Shown here in pieces: positions 23,497-36,700 of a DNA stretch of 64,000 nt. Origin of the DNA: Hyphochytrium catenoides (taxonomy: Eukaryota > Protista > Hyphochytriomycota); assembly GCA_900088475.1 (NCBI GenBank), contig FLMG01002090.1, positions 1 through 64,000 on the forward strand, given 5' to 3'. Under the pieces are notes generated by a model. It was not told the DNA's origin, ran no database searches, and worked only from the letters and a program-made list of their open reading frames with translations. Positions within the stretch are counted from its first letter, which is position 1. Each line of letters starts with the position of its first letter. Position numbers and translations under genes: made by a program.

Positions 23497-23535
<39 letters not shown>

Positions 23536-23669
23536 GAGAGAGAGAAAAGAAAAACGAGAAATAACGGAAGCAAGGAAGGGAGTTGTTTGTCCTTGCGTGC
23601 CATCATCCAGAGTCTCCACCGGCTAGTACTATAATACAGGGAAAGAAGAAGAGGGAATCTGCTAGCGGC

Positions 23670-26600
23670 CTAGTTGCCACCTCTCCTGAAGTCAACGCGA
23701 CTAGTGTGCGAGCAGCCACAGANNNNNNNNNNNNNNNNNNNNNNNNNNNNNNNNNNNNNNCTTCATAATGTTCCCGCTTGTTACTTCCCGCACTGGCGGC
23801 CATGGAGCCCTTACTTCCAATGCTATCCAAGGCGTTCTTGCCCCTCTTGGCTTCCGTAAGGAACTGGTCAATGCCAAATGGATCTTCCTCTTTCTCAAAC
23901 TGCACTGGACCATCTCTCCTTGCTTCTTTGCTTCTATCCACGCCCTGGAAGTCCTTGTCGGGCCTGAACTTGTCCGTCTTCTTGAGCTGTTCATACTGCG
24001 TGTCTCCGTCTCCGTAAATTCCAGAGTCTTCCTGCTTTGGTCTGTAGATACCCTGCTTCTCCCCCTTGTCAAAGAGACCCTTGCTATAGACATTATAATC
24101 TGCAATAGAGAGGAACAGATGAGTAAGCGAGGTCCAGAAAGAGGCGGGACGCAAGTCCAAACAGGAAAGCAAAGACAGAAAGAGACACACACACAAGAGA
24201 AGAGCGATAGGGAGGGCCCAGCACCATAACCACGCCGAAGCATGGCAGGTGGAGAGGAAGAGGTCAGTGGGCTGCTTAAGAGCTTTCGCACAGAGGTGAG
24301 CGTGCCCGTTAGCAGAAGTGTTGATAAGAGTGAGTCTTGCTCACGAAGAATGATGGAGAGGTTACGAAAGCATGGAACCAAAACAGAGAGATCATATCTT
24401 TCAACGGTCTATAAATGTGGAGACCGAGAAACAGAGGAGAGGAGAGAGGTTCCATATTTGCCGTACCGTCTTCGGCACCGAAGCCTGCAGACATGCCCTG
24501 GGACTGGTTGAAAAGCCGCGAGTCGAAGATGGCCTCTCCTTGCAGCTTTCCTGTGCCCATATGTTGTCCCAGAGCGATCCTTTCCGAGACATCGCGGTCC
24601 GCATCTCTCGCGAGCTTCCCCTTCTTTCCCAACTTCTCAAGCCTCATCTCTCTTTCTCGCTCTCTCTTCCGCTCATGGCGCAGACGGTCCCTCTGTTTGT
24701 CAAGACATTAGGCGTGCCAGGCGGAACGAAATAAGAGATATACAACATAAGAGAAGAGAGAGAGAAAAGGCCGCGATGTCAGTGAAAGGATAAATGGGGG
24801 ATGAAGTAGGGAGAGAAAGGTTTGTTTACCTCCACAATCGCTCGCCTTTCCTCTCTGTCCATGTTACGGTCACGTCCTGGGCTTTCTTCCTCACTGCTCT
24901 CAGCAGGTCGTCCTCTCCGTGGGGATGGCGATTCGTCTTCGTCAACCTTGAGCCCAGCTCTACAAGATCATCGTTATGAGAAGAGGAGGACTAGCAGGAA
25001 GAAGCGGAGAGGCGAATGTCTGGGGAAGGTTAGAGGGAGAATGTCGGGACGAGAGAAGAAGTGGAGAGAAGGGCACAGCCATCAGGCACTCCTTCCTCTT
25101 ACCTCTCCATCCTCGTCCTCATGGCAAGATTGCGCAACTTCTCCTCTTCCTCCTCCTTCTCCTTCATTGCCAACTTCTTCTGGATCTCATTTCTTATCTA
25201 CGGAGAAGAGAAGAGTGAAAGGTTATGTCAGACCCGAAAATTTTCCCAACGAACTCTCTAACATTTAATAAAAAATCCATGCACCCTGCAAAAAAGTCGA
25301 GCTTGATTGGACGTGACAGCAAAAACAGAATGAAAGGAGACATAAAATGAATCGCTTGATTCCATCGTCCTCCCAACACGCCTTCCAACGATACGAAGCA
25401 GAGAGAGAATAGATGAGATAGAGAGCCAGGATGCCTCTGGCACTTACTCTGACTTCCTCCCGTGCTTGCCTCTCGGCAATGTAGAGAGACTCTGATAGCG
25501 TCGCGAAGTTATCATTGATGGTCACCTACCAAGGGAATGGGTTCGCAAAGAGTCAAAAAGCAACCCCCCGCCCAATGATAAACAGGACCGAGAGGAGAGA
25601 CAGCAGAGAGAGAGTACACAGAGAAAGACCGAAGTAAGACCGAGAGTGGGAGTGTAAAGGGGAACAGAGAGTGTGGCAGGAGACTCCAAGAATGTAGGGA
25701 CCAAGGGAGGTTCGGGTTGTGCTAATCTTACCTCTTGCAGTCCTCTTCCATCTGCTGCCAAACGCTTGTCGAGAGGAATAGTGTAACCCTTCGCATTCTT
25801 CCAGTTGGATACACAGGGAGGGATCTTCCACATCTGCTGCTCTTTTACCGTCACCTTCCGGGGCGGAGAGTGAAGGACGGGAACCGGTGGAGAGGGAGGA
25901 CCTAACGGCAGGATAAAAGAAAATTGAAGTGAAGGAGAGTGAGAGCCGCGCATTTAGTCAGTCACAGAGAAAGGCACGAGGTGGACGAGTTTACTATACA
26001 AGTGGAGGCATACCTCGTGCAACTTTCTTGTGCTTGAACTTCGGGGGTTCTAACGGATCCACCTGGGCTTCTACCATGCGAATGACACGCTGAAGAGGGA
26101 GAGCAGAGAAGTGAGAGACATATCTCACGCGAAATTACTCCTGTGCTCTTTTGCCCATCTTTTCTCTGCCAAACTGTGCCTCTCTTCTTCCCACGCGCTC
26201 TCCCTTATGACTTTTCTTTTGCTGGGATCGCACTGTCCTTAACATTGGTGCATACCTGCCCCACACTAGGATTGTATCCCGGTGCATTAGGATTGGCCGT
26301 GTACTTCACATACGTAGGGTCATTTTTAGCTTGTCCGGGGACCTGCACAGGTTTTGCTGCCTTGATCTTTCCATCAATGAGCTTCTGAAGGGCGCCTCTC
26401 GTCTTCGCTGTGGCCTCCTCCTCTTCTTCTGGGGTGGGCTTCTCTATCTCTTTCTTGGAGACTCTCTTTTCCACAATATCTGTGAAGCCACTATAAATCG
26501 TCTTTTTCTTGTTGCTGCCTTGACGGATAATGTTGTCATAGCTCACGTTGCCTTCTTTGTCGACAGAGAGCGGGACGATGGCACTACTAGCTACCTGAAA

Positions 26601-27068
26601 GAGAAGAGTGCAGAGGGAATGCGAACAGAGAGTCAGACGTGTAACTTAGCGAAGGTCGGAAGAAGATCAAGACGGACAGATTAAAGTGCAAGGCAAGAGA
26701 TGACACCTAAGTGTTAACAACAGCACCTTGTCTGGCCGGCCCATATTCAGCGGGAACTGCGCAACATGAATCTCTGGGAACGCCCCGCCATCTCCAAAAT
26801 CTTCAACCTTTCTAGGAACCCAGCCCTGTCGCTGACCGTACCGAGGCGGCTGAAAGCTAATAAGAGGTTTCAGATGCCTGGCTGATGCCCTCCTCTTTCT
26901 TGATTCCTTACCTCTTGACCGCAGCTGACGTGGCGCCAGGGGCACCTTGGGCTTCAGCATAGCTGCGTTGAGGTGCAGGCAACAAGCTGGGAAAAGCAGA
27001 GACAGTAAGTCGTAGGAAAAACCCAAAGCGGCCGGCATCTTCGCAATCTACCTTGTGAGAGCGCTCAT
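23670..27068 (-). CDS. SNW1: SNW domain-containing splicing factor SKIP/Prp45; about 11 exons, last exon spans an N gap
   Basis: Spliced exons give MSALTSLLPAP..., DFGDGGAFPEIHVAQFPLNMG, VLHSPPRK, WKIPPCVSNWKNAKGYTIPLDKRLAADGRGLQEV, DSRLFNQSQG and RDGPVQFEKEEDPFGIDQFL. Junctions checked were GT..AG. C-terminus SRVDFRRGGN* lies after the gap. Confidence 0.97.
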
Positions 27069-28246
27069 CTTGTCCTAACTATCCTGTACGTTCTTCCACC
27101 TCCGAAGTTAGATCAATGCCTTTGTCCTTCCTTGAGAGGCACACACAATGAATTGGCGGGATGCCACACACGTGACGCTCCTCTTACAGCTTTTAATGGT
27201 CGTCCTTACACCTAAGTCAGGCCTCAAATCGTCTACACCTCTACCAGGATCTGGGCAATCGTTATGAATCTCAGTCCGTGGCCTGTGACTCTCGATCTCT
27301 GCCTCTAACAGAACCCAGAAGGTCGGAAGGTGAAGCTCTGTGCGGCCCAATGACCAGCAATAAAACAGAGATCAACGATACAGAACGAGAACGCAAGAAA
27401 CTCCGATATTTCTGTATCATCAGGTGATGCCTTTGTTCGCAGGACAATAGCTCTTATTGCGGAGTGCGAGCACGTTAGGAAATTGCGTTTTGTGGGCCAA
27501 TATCATGAGAATTGGTAATAGCCTTGATGAGAGGCTGTGGGTAAATCCAATATGGAGTCTCTGATCTCTGATCATTTGATGTGAAGCTCTCACGCAGCTT
27601 GCGTCGCCTTGGATGATGAAGATCAGATTGACACTCCGTTCTCTGCGGAAAGTTCAGAGCTTCAGAAGGAAAGGATAGTCACTCGTGTCAGGCATGATCA
27701 TGTCTGACTACTTTCTGCAGAGACTCATGGTACAGGGCTAGGGCAAGAATGTCAGAGCTTCTGAATTTAGTTGGACAAGGATGTACGAAGGCATGCCTCT
27801 GCTGGCCATGGTCGGGAAAGAAGAGTCAGCAGAGACATGTAAAGTATTAGTTCAGTGCTAAGGGGTGACGCTGAGGCCGATAAACCTCAGAATTTAACTC
27901 TTTAAATGGAGGTGAGCCGTTATGATGATTGAGGCAGTACCTAGCGCAGGCCACAGCGGCGAAGGAGCTAACCCCTATACGGGACCCCGCCATCCAGGTT
28001 TTCTACTTCTGCCCTATCGATTTCACCTTCCATCTCGCGCCCTCAATAGAGTCGTTCAGGAGGACAAAATAAACACTAATTGCCTCAATCAGTTGCCCAA
28101 TATTAGCACCTATAGTCCTTCCCCTGATTAGCTCGATTTCTGGAGAGTGTTAACAGAAAGGTTCCGGATTCAGAGAAGGGAAGATGGCCAGAAGATTGAG
28201 AAGCATCTACTCGGGAGACAACAAGGAGAGGCAAAGAGAAATGACT

Positions 28247-30085
28247 CTATCCTACTCTTTTCCTATTCGCAGTGCTCTTGCTCTGGGGAGACTGTTTCTT
28301 CTTGTCCGATGCAGAGCCTGCTTTCCTTAGCATTCCTTCACTGTGCACTCCACCCATAGACTTTTGTCTCTGTCTGGACTGCAGAAGCTTAGCTCCTTTG
28401 TTCTCGACTCTCTCTATCCTCTTCCTTCTAGCTGCTGCCTTCTGGGTTTCAGCTTTTCTCGCTGCTCTGGCTGCTCTCATTCTTTCCAGGTTAGAGCTGA
28501 GCCTCTTCCTTCTTTGTGCCTCGGTCTCCTGCTCTCTCAAGGCTTTCTGCCGAGCTCTTCCCTTTGCAAGCCTTGCTGCTCTTTCTTCGGGGGTCTCTAG
28601 CCTTCTTCGTTCTCTCTGTCTTGCCGCTTCTCTTGCTAGCCGTGTCTTCCTCTTCTCCTGTCTCTCACTTGCGGTCAAAGCCTTCTCGTCTTGCTTTGTG
28701 ACTTCTTTTGGTACGTGTGTCCCCTCGTTCACCTGGTGGCAATCTGAAAGTCCGTCAGTCAATGTTTGTTTGTCTGGGTTAGGGGCTTGTTCCGCTTGCT
28801 GCAACACTGCTTTTGTCAGTCTCTCTGTACTCGCGCTCTTGATTGTCAGGCTCTCAGCCTTAGTCGTTGAACTCTTCTCACTTCTCAATCTGCGCTGCAG
28901 CCATTCTTTCCTTTCTTCTTCGCTTAATTCCGCAAACCGCACCCGCCTCTTCCTCTCTCTGTCTGCTTGTCGGCGCTTCTCTCTCTCTTCTTCTGTTTCT
29001 CTTGCTCTTCGTCTTCTCGCTGCTTCTGCTGCTTTGGCTCGTCTCCAGAGGAATGGATCAGGATCGTCTGTCTCGGGAGTTATCTGGGTGTGGGTGGGCT
29101 GAGAAAGAGCTAGAGAGCTTTGTCCTCTGCCTTTCCCTTCACTACGCTCTCCTCTGTCTAACAGCTCTGTTTCGGCGGTGGAGATCTCATCTCTGGGCCT
29201 CTTCTTTCCTATTCTTGTCTTGACGCTTCGTCTTCGCTCGTCCTGCTTTTCGCTATTGGCAAGATTAACTCCTGAAGGCAGCCTGCCTCTCTTTCTCCTT
29301 TTCTCAAAAGGACGATCATCTTTCAGCGGCTCCTCGTTCTCTAGCGACGGCAAGCGCTTTGCTTGCTTCCTCTCACGGTCCAACTCCCTAATTCTTGCCT
29401 TCTGCTCTTCAGTCCGACGAGCCCTGCGTCTTCTCTGTCTCTCTCTGTCTTGTTCTCTTTTCCTCAAGAGGCGATTTGCCACAGAAGTAGTATCTCCTGC
29501 TGGACGTGCTCTATCTTCTTCTGTCACCTTCCTCACTATCAATTGTTCTTTGTTCGTCCTCCTTCCTCCAGCTTGAGCTTCGAGCTCAGTGCTATTGTCC
29601 ATATCCGTGCGGTCGTTCTGGGAGCCCTTCCTTTCTCTGCCAGCTGTTTCTCGTCGATCTCTAGGCTCGTGCGCTCCTTGCCTCCTCTTTTTATCATCTG
29701 GCCGTGAAGCTTTGATATCCTTCTTTTCTCTATCCTCCCTCGGTGAGTGGGTGGTTTGCTCTTCCGTCCTGGTGCTTCTATAGCCTCTTTGCCTTTTGGT
29801 GCTTCCCTTTCGGAGCAACGGAACTTCATATGGCTCATCTTCCATCTCTCGCTTCTCTTCCTCTGCCAAAGCCCCAGCGAGCTCAAGTTTTTCTTCAGGC
29901 TTTCGTTTCCTCTCCTTTCGAGCCTCTGTCTCAGGAGAGTGGCCCGTCTTGCCCCTTCTTCCCATCTTGTCCTTAATCTTTCTTCTGCTCATCTTCTCAT
30001 CGATATGCTTTCTCCAATCAATCCCAGCCCCTACCTGCGATCTCTTTCCTTTGACAGCCCCACCTTCCGCGCTGTCCCTCTTCAT
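28247..30085 (-). CDS. Highly basic Arg/Glu/Lys-rich protein with STPR-like 23-aa repeats (putative DNA-binding); intronless
   Basis: 612-aa ORF. ETPEERAARLAKGRARQKALREQ / ETEAQRRKRLSSNLERMRAARAA have 23-aa period. Two further clusters: RETEEEREKRRQADRERKRR and RRTEEQKARIRELDRERKQ. Confidence 0.7.
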   Translation of the reverse strand: MKRDSAEGGAVKGKRSQVGAGIDWRKHIDEKMSRRKIKDKMGRRGKTGHSPETEARKERKRKPEEKLELAGALAEEEKREMEDEPYEVPLLRKGSTKRQRGYRSTRTEEQTTHSPREDREKKDIKASRPDDKKRRQGAHEPRDRRETAGRERKGSQNDRTDMDNSTELEAQAGGRRTNKEQLIVRKVTEEDRARPAGDTTSVANRLLRKREQDRERQRRRRARRTEEQKARIRELDRERKQAKRLPSLENEEPLKDDRPFEKRRKRGRLPSGVNLANSEKQDERRRSVKTRIGKKRPRDEISTAETELLDRGERSEGKGRGQSSLALSQPTHTQITPETDDPDPFLWRRAKAAEAARRRRARETEEEREKRRQADRERKRRVRFAELSEEERKEWLQRRLRSEKSSTTKAESLTIKSASTERLTKAVLQQAEQAPNPDKQTLTDGLSDCHQVNEGTHVPKEVTKQDEKALTASERQEKRKTRLAREAARQRERRRLETPEERAARLAKGRARQKALREQETEAQRRKRLSSNLERMRAARAARKAETQKAAARRKRIERVENKGAKLLQSRQRQKSMGGVHSEGMLRKAGSASDKKKQSPQSKSTANRKRVG

Positions 30086-30766
30086 CTACTTTCTGATGGC
30101 GCAAGAAGACGTAGACTAGAACAGCGAGCAGCTGAGGTTGGCTAGATAACAGAAAGGCCGCTTCCTCGTTATTGGGGAGAAATCTTCGATAGGCAAGCTT
30201 CACAAATAATAAGAAGGTGTTGCCCTACCAAAACGCAATAAATAGCCGCTAACGCTGACTCATGAAGGAAATGGACCGTGAAGCTCCAGGCTCTTATCGG
30301 TAATGATGATGAACATGAGACCGTTGCCCGCTGCCCTTCCGTGGATCTCTGTCACTGTTGCCTCTCGCTGGCTCCTGCTCGAAGGACTCAAAGTGGCTTG
30401 ATATTCTCTGAAGGACAATGTCACCGCCAACCTTCCGCACTCGTCCTATATCCTCTGATTAGGTTAGGGAGGGACCTTTCGAAAGAAAACGCCGCTGTCA
30501 ATAAAGACGAAGAAAAGAAGCGGGAGACTCATCATCTTCATCGTCTTTCACTATCCACGTCTTCCTCTCGGTGCCCGGGGTCTCCTGTTACGTGATTTTT
30601 TTCCAAATCCTATCGTGAAGGTACATTCGATGAGGCGGAGATCTTCCCCTTTGCCATCCACACCGTCCGGAAGTAGAAGAAAGAAGCAGAGAAGAGCTAG
30701 CAATCAACCCCACTATCATCGGTACGATTACTGGGCTGTCTGAGCCCTGATTATAATGGCAGAAGC

Positions 30767-31696
30767 TCATCTATAGGGGTACTCCGAAGCCAAATTCTGT
30801 GCAATCTCTAGCTCCCACTTGTCCCCGTTGTCCAGAAGCTTCTGCTTGTCATAAAGAAGCTCCTCGTGGGTCTCAGTTGCAAACTCAAAATTAGGTCCTT
30901 CCACGATAGCGTCAACAGGGCAAGCCTCCATACAGAAACCGCAATAGATGCACTTGGTCATATCAATATCATAGCGAGTCGTCCTTCTGCTGCCGTCCGC
31001 CCTAGGTTCCTATGAACGTTACACGCAGATGAAATAGCATTGTGAGCGTCGTGAGTCCTAGTGAACATGAGAACTTATGGCTTCGTACAGCTTCAATCTT
31101 GATGGCATTGGCTGGGCAGATAACTTCGCACAGCTTGCACGCAATGCACCTACACATGACGTTAGACATCGTCGTGTATGAATATATGGCAGAGATTTGC
31201 TGACCTTTCTTCACCACTGGGATAACGTCGTAGGGCATGTTCACCTCTGAATCGAGGGCTCAGCTGACCCTTTTCAAAAGGGTAGTTGATCGTCACACGT
31301 CTGCTAAAGAAGACCTCCCCAGTAAGCCACAATCCTCGGACGAGCTCCGTCATGAAGAAAAGCTGAGAGGTTCTGTCGAGTACTGTCGAAAGACGTAAGC
31401 ATATATAGTGAAACCAGCCGTCATCAGACACTACGCTACTCACATTCGGCCCATGTGGTCTTTCCCGGAACATTGATCTGGTTCTTGGGGTCAACGATCT
31501 TTATTTCCTCCTTCGGCTTGTCATCCAACTTCATGACTGAACAGAAGACTCATTAGGTGACCCTTAGAACCTCTATACAGAGCCCAATTTCTATATACTC
31601 ACGGCTTAGGGAACGTGTACCCACTGCCTGCTTTATGGCTGGCGCAAACCGAGCCTTGGTGAGAGCTCGTCTCGCTGCCATATTAGCCAGAGCCAT
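30767..31696 (-). CDS. NDUFS8: Mitochondrial complex I Fe-S subunit TYKY/NuoI; 5 exons
   Basis: Basic N-terminal presequence [63 protein letters not shown] and [38 protein letters not shown] give two 4Fe-4S motifs. Four short GT..AG introns. Confidence 0.97.
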
Positions 31697-33776
31697 GTTC
31701 CTGCCAACCTAATAAGAGGCCTCCACTGCAGAGACGTGACTCTCCCTGCTCCTCAATAACCTCAAGGAAGAGATAAAAGCTGAAGCAAACCGACCCTTCA
31801 GCAGCAGCGAAACATCAAAATTAGGAGAAAGTGCTCACATCTCCTTCCGTCAGGCCACTGCGCCTTGTTATCACATGCAGAGCTCTTCTCTTTGTTTGTG
31901 GAAGCTCCTTCGCGGCGCCACATGACCAAGTGACTGCCGCAGACTTTTTTCCTAGAGGCCGTTTTGGTCCTTTGTCCTTCAACCGCTGGTCGCCAACCCA
32001 CGGACTTCTGCAAGCGCCCTTCGTCGTATCGTTAAATTAAAGTTTCTCCTACCGGTAACCGCTATATCGCCGTCTTGCTTACAGTACAATACGAAGAAAG
32101 TCCCATCCATCTCAACATTGAATCTATTGCCGATTTCATCATCTTCATCTTGAACTCTTGCTGTTCCTGCGGATTGACATCCTACAGCCGGTGGCTTGGG
32201 ATTGGCCGGTGGAAGCAAGCAGTCACTTTCTGCAGCTTTGAGACGGAGGCTTATTTACTGTTTCGAACCATTCGAGCCATTCATCATTCAATCTCAGTAC
32301 ATTCCTGACGTGAGCGAAGAGACACGAACGGTGCCGTGCTGACGACTAATAAGAATCCTTCCGGAGGAGAAAGAAGAGGTGTTCTTCCTTCACTACGATA
32401 CGACGACAGAAGAAGAAGCAGCAGTCTATCGTCTTCGTGATAATGTACTATTAATAGGAAGTGGCTGGCCATCGTCATGGCAAATAACAATAGTACTCAG
32501 CTAATCATCAGCTTCATCAGCTCCCCGCTGCTGCTTCAATTTCCCGCATTCATCAGCTCGCTCCTCCCTCCCAGCTGCTTGGTGGTTATTATTAGTTCTC
32601 CTTTTTGCTGCCCTGCTGCCTCGTAGAAACAACGCATCCATAATCACCAGCATCTGCATAATAATGTTCTTCTTGCATGTTCTTCTTGCTCATAATGACC
32701 TCGTTCAGGCCAATAACCAAACTAAATTCACTACTGGCAGCAGCAGCAGCAGCAGCACTCATTCACAGGTTCAACCACTCTAAAAGCTAGGGGCAGGAGT
32801 GGTTATTTCTTCCCGTTTGTTGATGATGAGTTTGTATGCTGGGAAGCAGCATTGAATGAAGAAGGTCCAGCAACCTTCTTGAATATTCCTTCTCGTCGTC
32901 GCAAGGAGGGCTTCTTCCTTGATTGTGTTAACCGCCGGCTTTCGGCTTTCAACGGACTTATTTCCCTTGTGTAGAGGGCTTGTTGCGTGGTGTTGTTATT
33001 ACCGTTCATTGATACCAAGGGTTGACCATCGAATTGTCGTCGTTTTGCCTTTGACAACCGCCCATCATACCAAGCAAAAAAAAATAACAAATCCCAAGGG
33101 AATGGTAATGAGACGCTGCAATAATAGAGAATGCAGAAAAAGAGAAAAAAGTGAAGAGCTTTATTTTTATTTTTCCCCGAAAGAAGCAAGAAGAAGCTCT
33201 CTATTGAAAATCTCTTTTCGACAAAATCTCGGTACCATAATAACAAGGTTCCACCTGCCGCCGATGGTGGTCGTGCAGTAGAGCAAGCAGCAGACAGAGA
33301 CAATTGAAAAAACCGTAGTANNNNNNNNNNNNNNNNNNNNNNNNNNNNNNNNNNNNNNNNNNNNNNNNNNNCTTGGCTTGTTCCTCTTCTCTAATTACGG
33401 GACAGTTTATTTAGATATACGTAGGTCTCAAATGTAAATTAGAAGGCCTATGGCTATTTATAATAAATCCGGTCCCAGCGGCGAGAAAACGCCTCCCCTA
33501 CTACTAGAGAACAAACGAGCGATGGCAGCAGAGAGGATAAGGAAAAAGGCCATTGATTCGAGGCAATCATTTTTCAAATTGCAGAATACAACGGAAGGCC
33601 ATTCGGAAATACTCTATATTTGTTGACGATAATTACGCGCCCTCGGACATCGATCGGCGGCGCCGTGGCGATCAATGACCAAAGGAGCAATAATAATCAT
33701 AAGTTATTTTGCGGAGGACCGGCGGACTGAGTCAGGGGAAACCGCATATTTGTTGCTGTTTGGGCTGCGACCATCA

Positions 33777-36700
33777 TCAATTTTGCGGCGGCTGCAGCAG
33801 CGAGGCGATTCTGGCGAGCAGTTCCTCTCGTTTGTAGGGTTTAGTGGCATAGCTCGTCATGCCGGCATTAAGCGCTTCCTGTACGTGCTCTTCTCTTGCA
33901 TTGCCAGATAGGCCAATCACCGGTACAGACGGCATACCAAATGCTTGCTCCCATTTTCTTATCTCTTGAACCGCCTCTATACCTGTCAGCACGGGCACTG
34001 AAGAAGAAAACGGAGTCCAATTAACACACTGAACCAACAAGGCATAGGCATAGATACACTGATAACAAAGAACAAAGTGGGTGGCAGAAGAAGGATCATC
34101 AGCACAGAACAGAAACAACATTGCGGAGAACAAAGTCAATTGCAGGTGTAGAAGAACTCCAACCCGCATAATTAGAAAGAGTCCCCAGGAGGAGAAGAAA
34201 CAGTCGGGGCTTGCAATAAGACAGATCACGTCCTCAGAAGAGCCTAGGCATCATGGCGTCTTACTTTCTACATCCAAGAGGACGATGTCCAAACGAGACT
34301 CTGGATAGGGTTGGCTCTTTTGAACAATTTGCACAGCCTCCAGTCCGTTGTCAGCAACTGCAGTGCGCATTCCAACTGCCTTCAGCTGTTTGTCTAGAAT
34401 CTTTTGGTTCAGGACGTTATCGTCTACAATGAGTACGCGCCTTCCCGGAAGGATTGAGAGATCTTCGTCCGAGAGCCGCTGCCTTGCCATTTTAGCAATG
34501 CCCCAGTTTTTAGAAGCAGCGAAGGAGGAGGGTGGGGACAAAGAAGACGAAGAGGTAGTAGTGGCACAGAGCCTACAGGCAGCGGTAAACGTGAATGAGG
34601 TCTCTTGACCCATCTGGCTCTTGACTTGAATTGAACCGCCAAGCCTCTCAACCAGGATTCTGCTTATAAAGAGACCCATACCTGGCAGACAGCATAGAGG
34701 AAGAGAAAAGAGGAAAGATCTGATCGTTAACAAAGATCGTCTGCGGAAGAGCGAGAATTGGGTCACTAAAGTGTTGGAGCAACAGCACTGATCAAGGAGA
34801 ACTTGCTGGACGGAAGCACCAATAGACAGAGCTGGAAAAGTACACTCGGCTGAAGGCAACGACGAAGGGAGAGATCCAGGACATGGACGCACTAAGGAAC
34901 CGAACATTTACGCATGCGAAAAAGAAGGTAAAAAGTTCCTTTTGATAACTCGGCCGCTATGCTTAAGACGATGGCAAGTAAAATCTCATTCATCAATTGC
35001 AGAAGGGCTACTTCGGTACCTGAGCCACCATACTCCTTGTAAGTCTTAATGTTGGCTTGGGAGAACGGACGGAAGAGACCAGCCTGTTCCTCCTGTGTCA
35101 TACCTATACCAGTGTCTGTGACTGTGTACCGGAGCATTCTGACATGGCCTTTATCTCCATTTGCTTCTTCTGCCGTCCGCTGGTCCACAGGGTCCGCTGA
35201 TAGCGAGACTGTGAGCCGCTTCTCCGTCACCTTCGCCATGAACTTCAGTGCGTTAGAGATCAAGTTGATCAGCACTTGGCTAATACGCTTCGAGTCTCCC
35301 AGGACTGCCCTTGGAAGCAGCGACACTTCCTCTTCAGAGGGCATGCAAAGAGACAGCTGGACTCCTTCCTCCTCCAATCTGACCTCGAACATCTTTATAA
35401 CGTCTTTAAGCATCATCCTAGGTTCAAATGGCTCGTCTAGAAGAGTGAACTGGGTACTCTGCAATCGAGAGAGCTCAAGCACATCATCTGCTATTAGGCG
35501 TTGGTGGTTGGCGCAGAGCTCTATGGCTCTGATGAGCTCCATATCCTTCACCAGCTGTGAAAATGTCTTAACTTCCTCCCCATGATCGTGCCACGTGAGG
35601 ATAGCCGGATCTTTGAGCTTTTTGTCTACAGCCTGCAAACGTTGCTTCAGCAGATCGGCAATGTTCAGTATGTTGCTAATGGGATTCCGGATCTCATGTG
35701 AGATGACGTCCACGTAGGTTTGCAATCTATTTCTATTCTCCTCTGCCTCCTCCGCTCTTTTTCGTTGTTCCACTTCTGTCCTCCTGATGGCTTCGATGTT
35801 CTCCTGCTCAAGTGTCCTAATCCTAGTGATGTCCGTCGATACGCCAAAGAAGCCCGTGAATGTCCCATTCTTATAGGTCGGGATTTGTCTGGCGTAGATA
35901 TGGGCGATCGAGCCGTCCGGATAAACGAGACGGACCTCATTTTCCGCCTTCTCTCTGGTGGCCAGCGCCCAATTGAAGATGGTTCTGTTTCTAGCCCGGT
36001 CGTCTGGATGAAGGATCGGCTCCCAAGCGTTGAGATCTGCTTCCTCCCCTTCCTCTTTTTCCTTCGCTTTCATCCCAAACAGAGATTTCCAGCAGTCATT
36101 CGCGTATGTTATATTACCTTCCGGATCCAAGATGTAAATTGCTGCCGGGACATTCTCCGCAAGCTCGCGATATCTCCGCTCGCTCTCCTGCAGTTCTTTA
36201 GTTTGGTCCAGCACCTGTTCTTCAAGCTTCTTCCTCGTTACTGCGATCGAAAGATGGAACTCTACACGCGACAGCAGCTCTTTCTTGGAGAAGGGCTTGA
36301 CAAGATAGTCCTCGGCGCCTTCTTGCAGGCCGTTCAGTCTTGCTTCTTCTCCCGCTCTGGCAGACAGAAGAATGACTGGCATGTGTCGCGTCGTTTTTCC
36401 ATTGATTCCCTGCCTCAACCTTTGAAGGAGTTCAATTCCATCCATGTGCGGCATCATAATGTCCGAAACAATAAGGTCGGGCAAGATGTTACTTTCATCC
36501 TCTAGATACTGGTGGGCTTCTAAACCGTTGGTCTTCAGTATCACCTGGTACCCGTCAGAGACAAGTGCCGACATGATATAGCTCCGCATGTCCGCATTGT
36601 CATCCGCAAGTAGGATCAAGCCTCTGGTCCTAGAAGAGTGGGGTGACACAGGTTTCACGCCCTTTCCGTCCTCTGCGCTAAGACTCGCCCCAAATATCCT

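Noticed and set aside
28272-30145. Long plus-strand Leu/Ser/Phe-rich ORFs
   Set aside because: Antisense shadows of the Arg/Glu-rich STPR-like gene.
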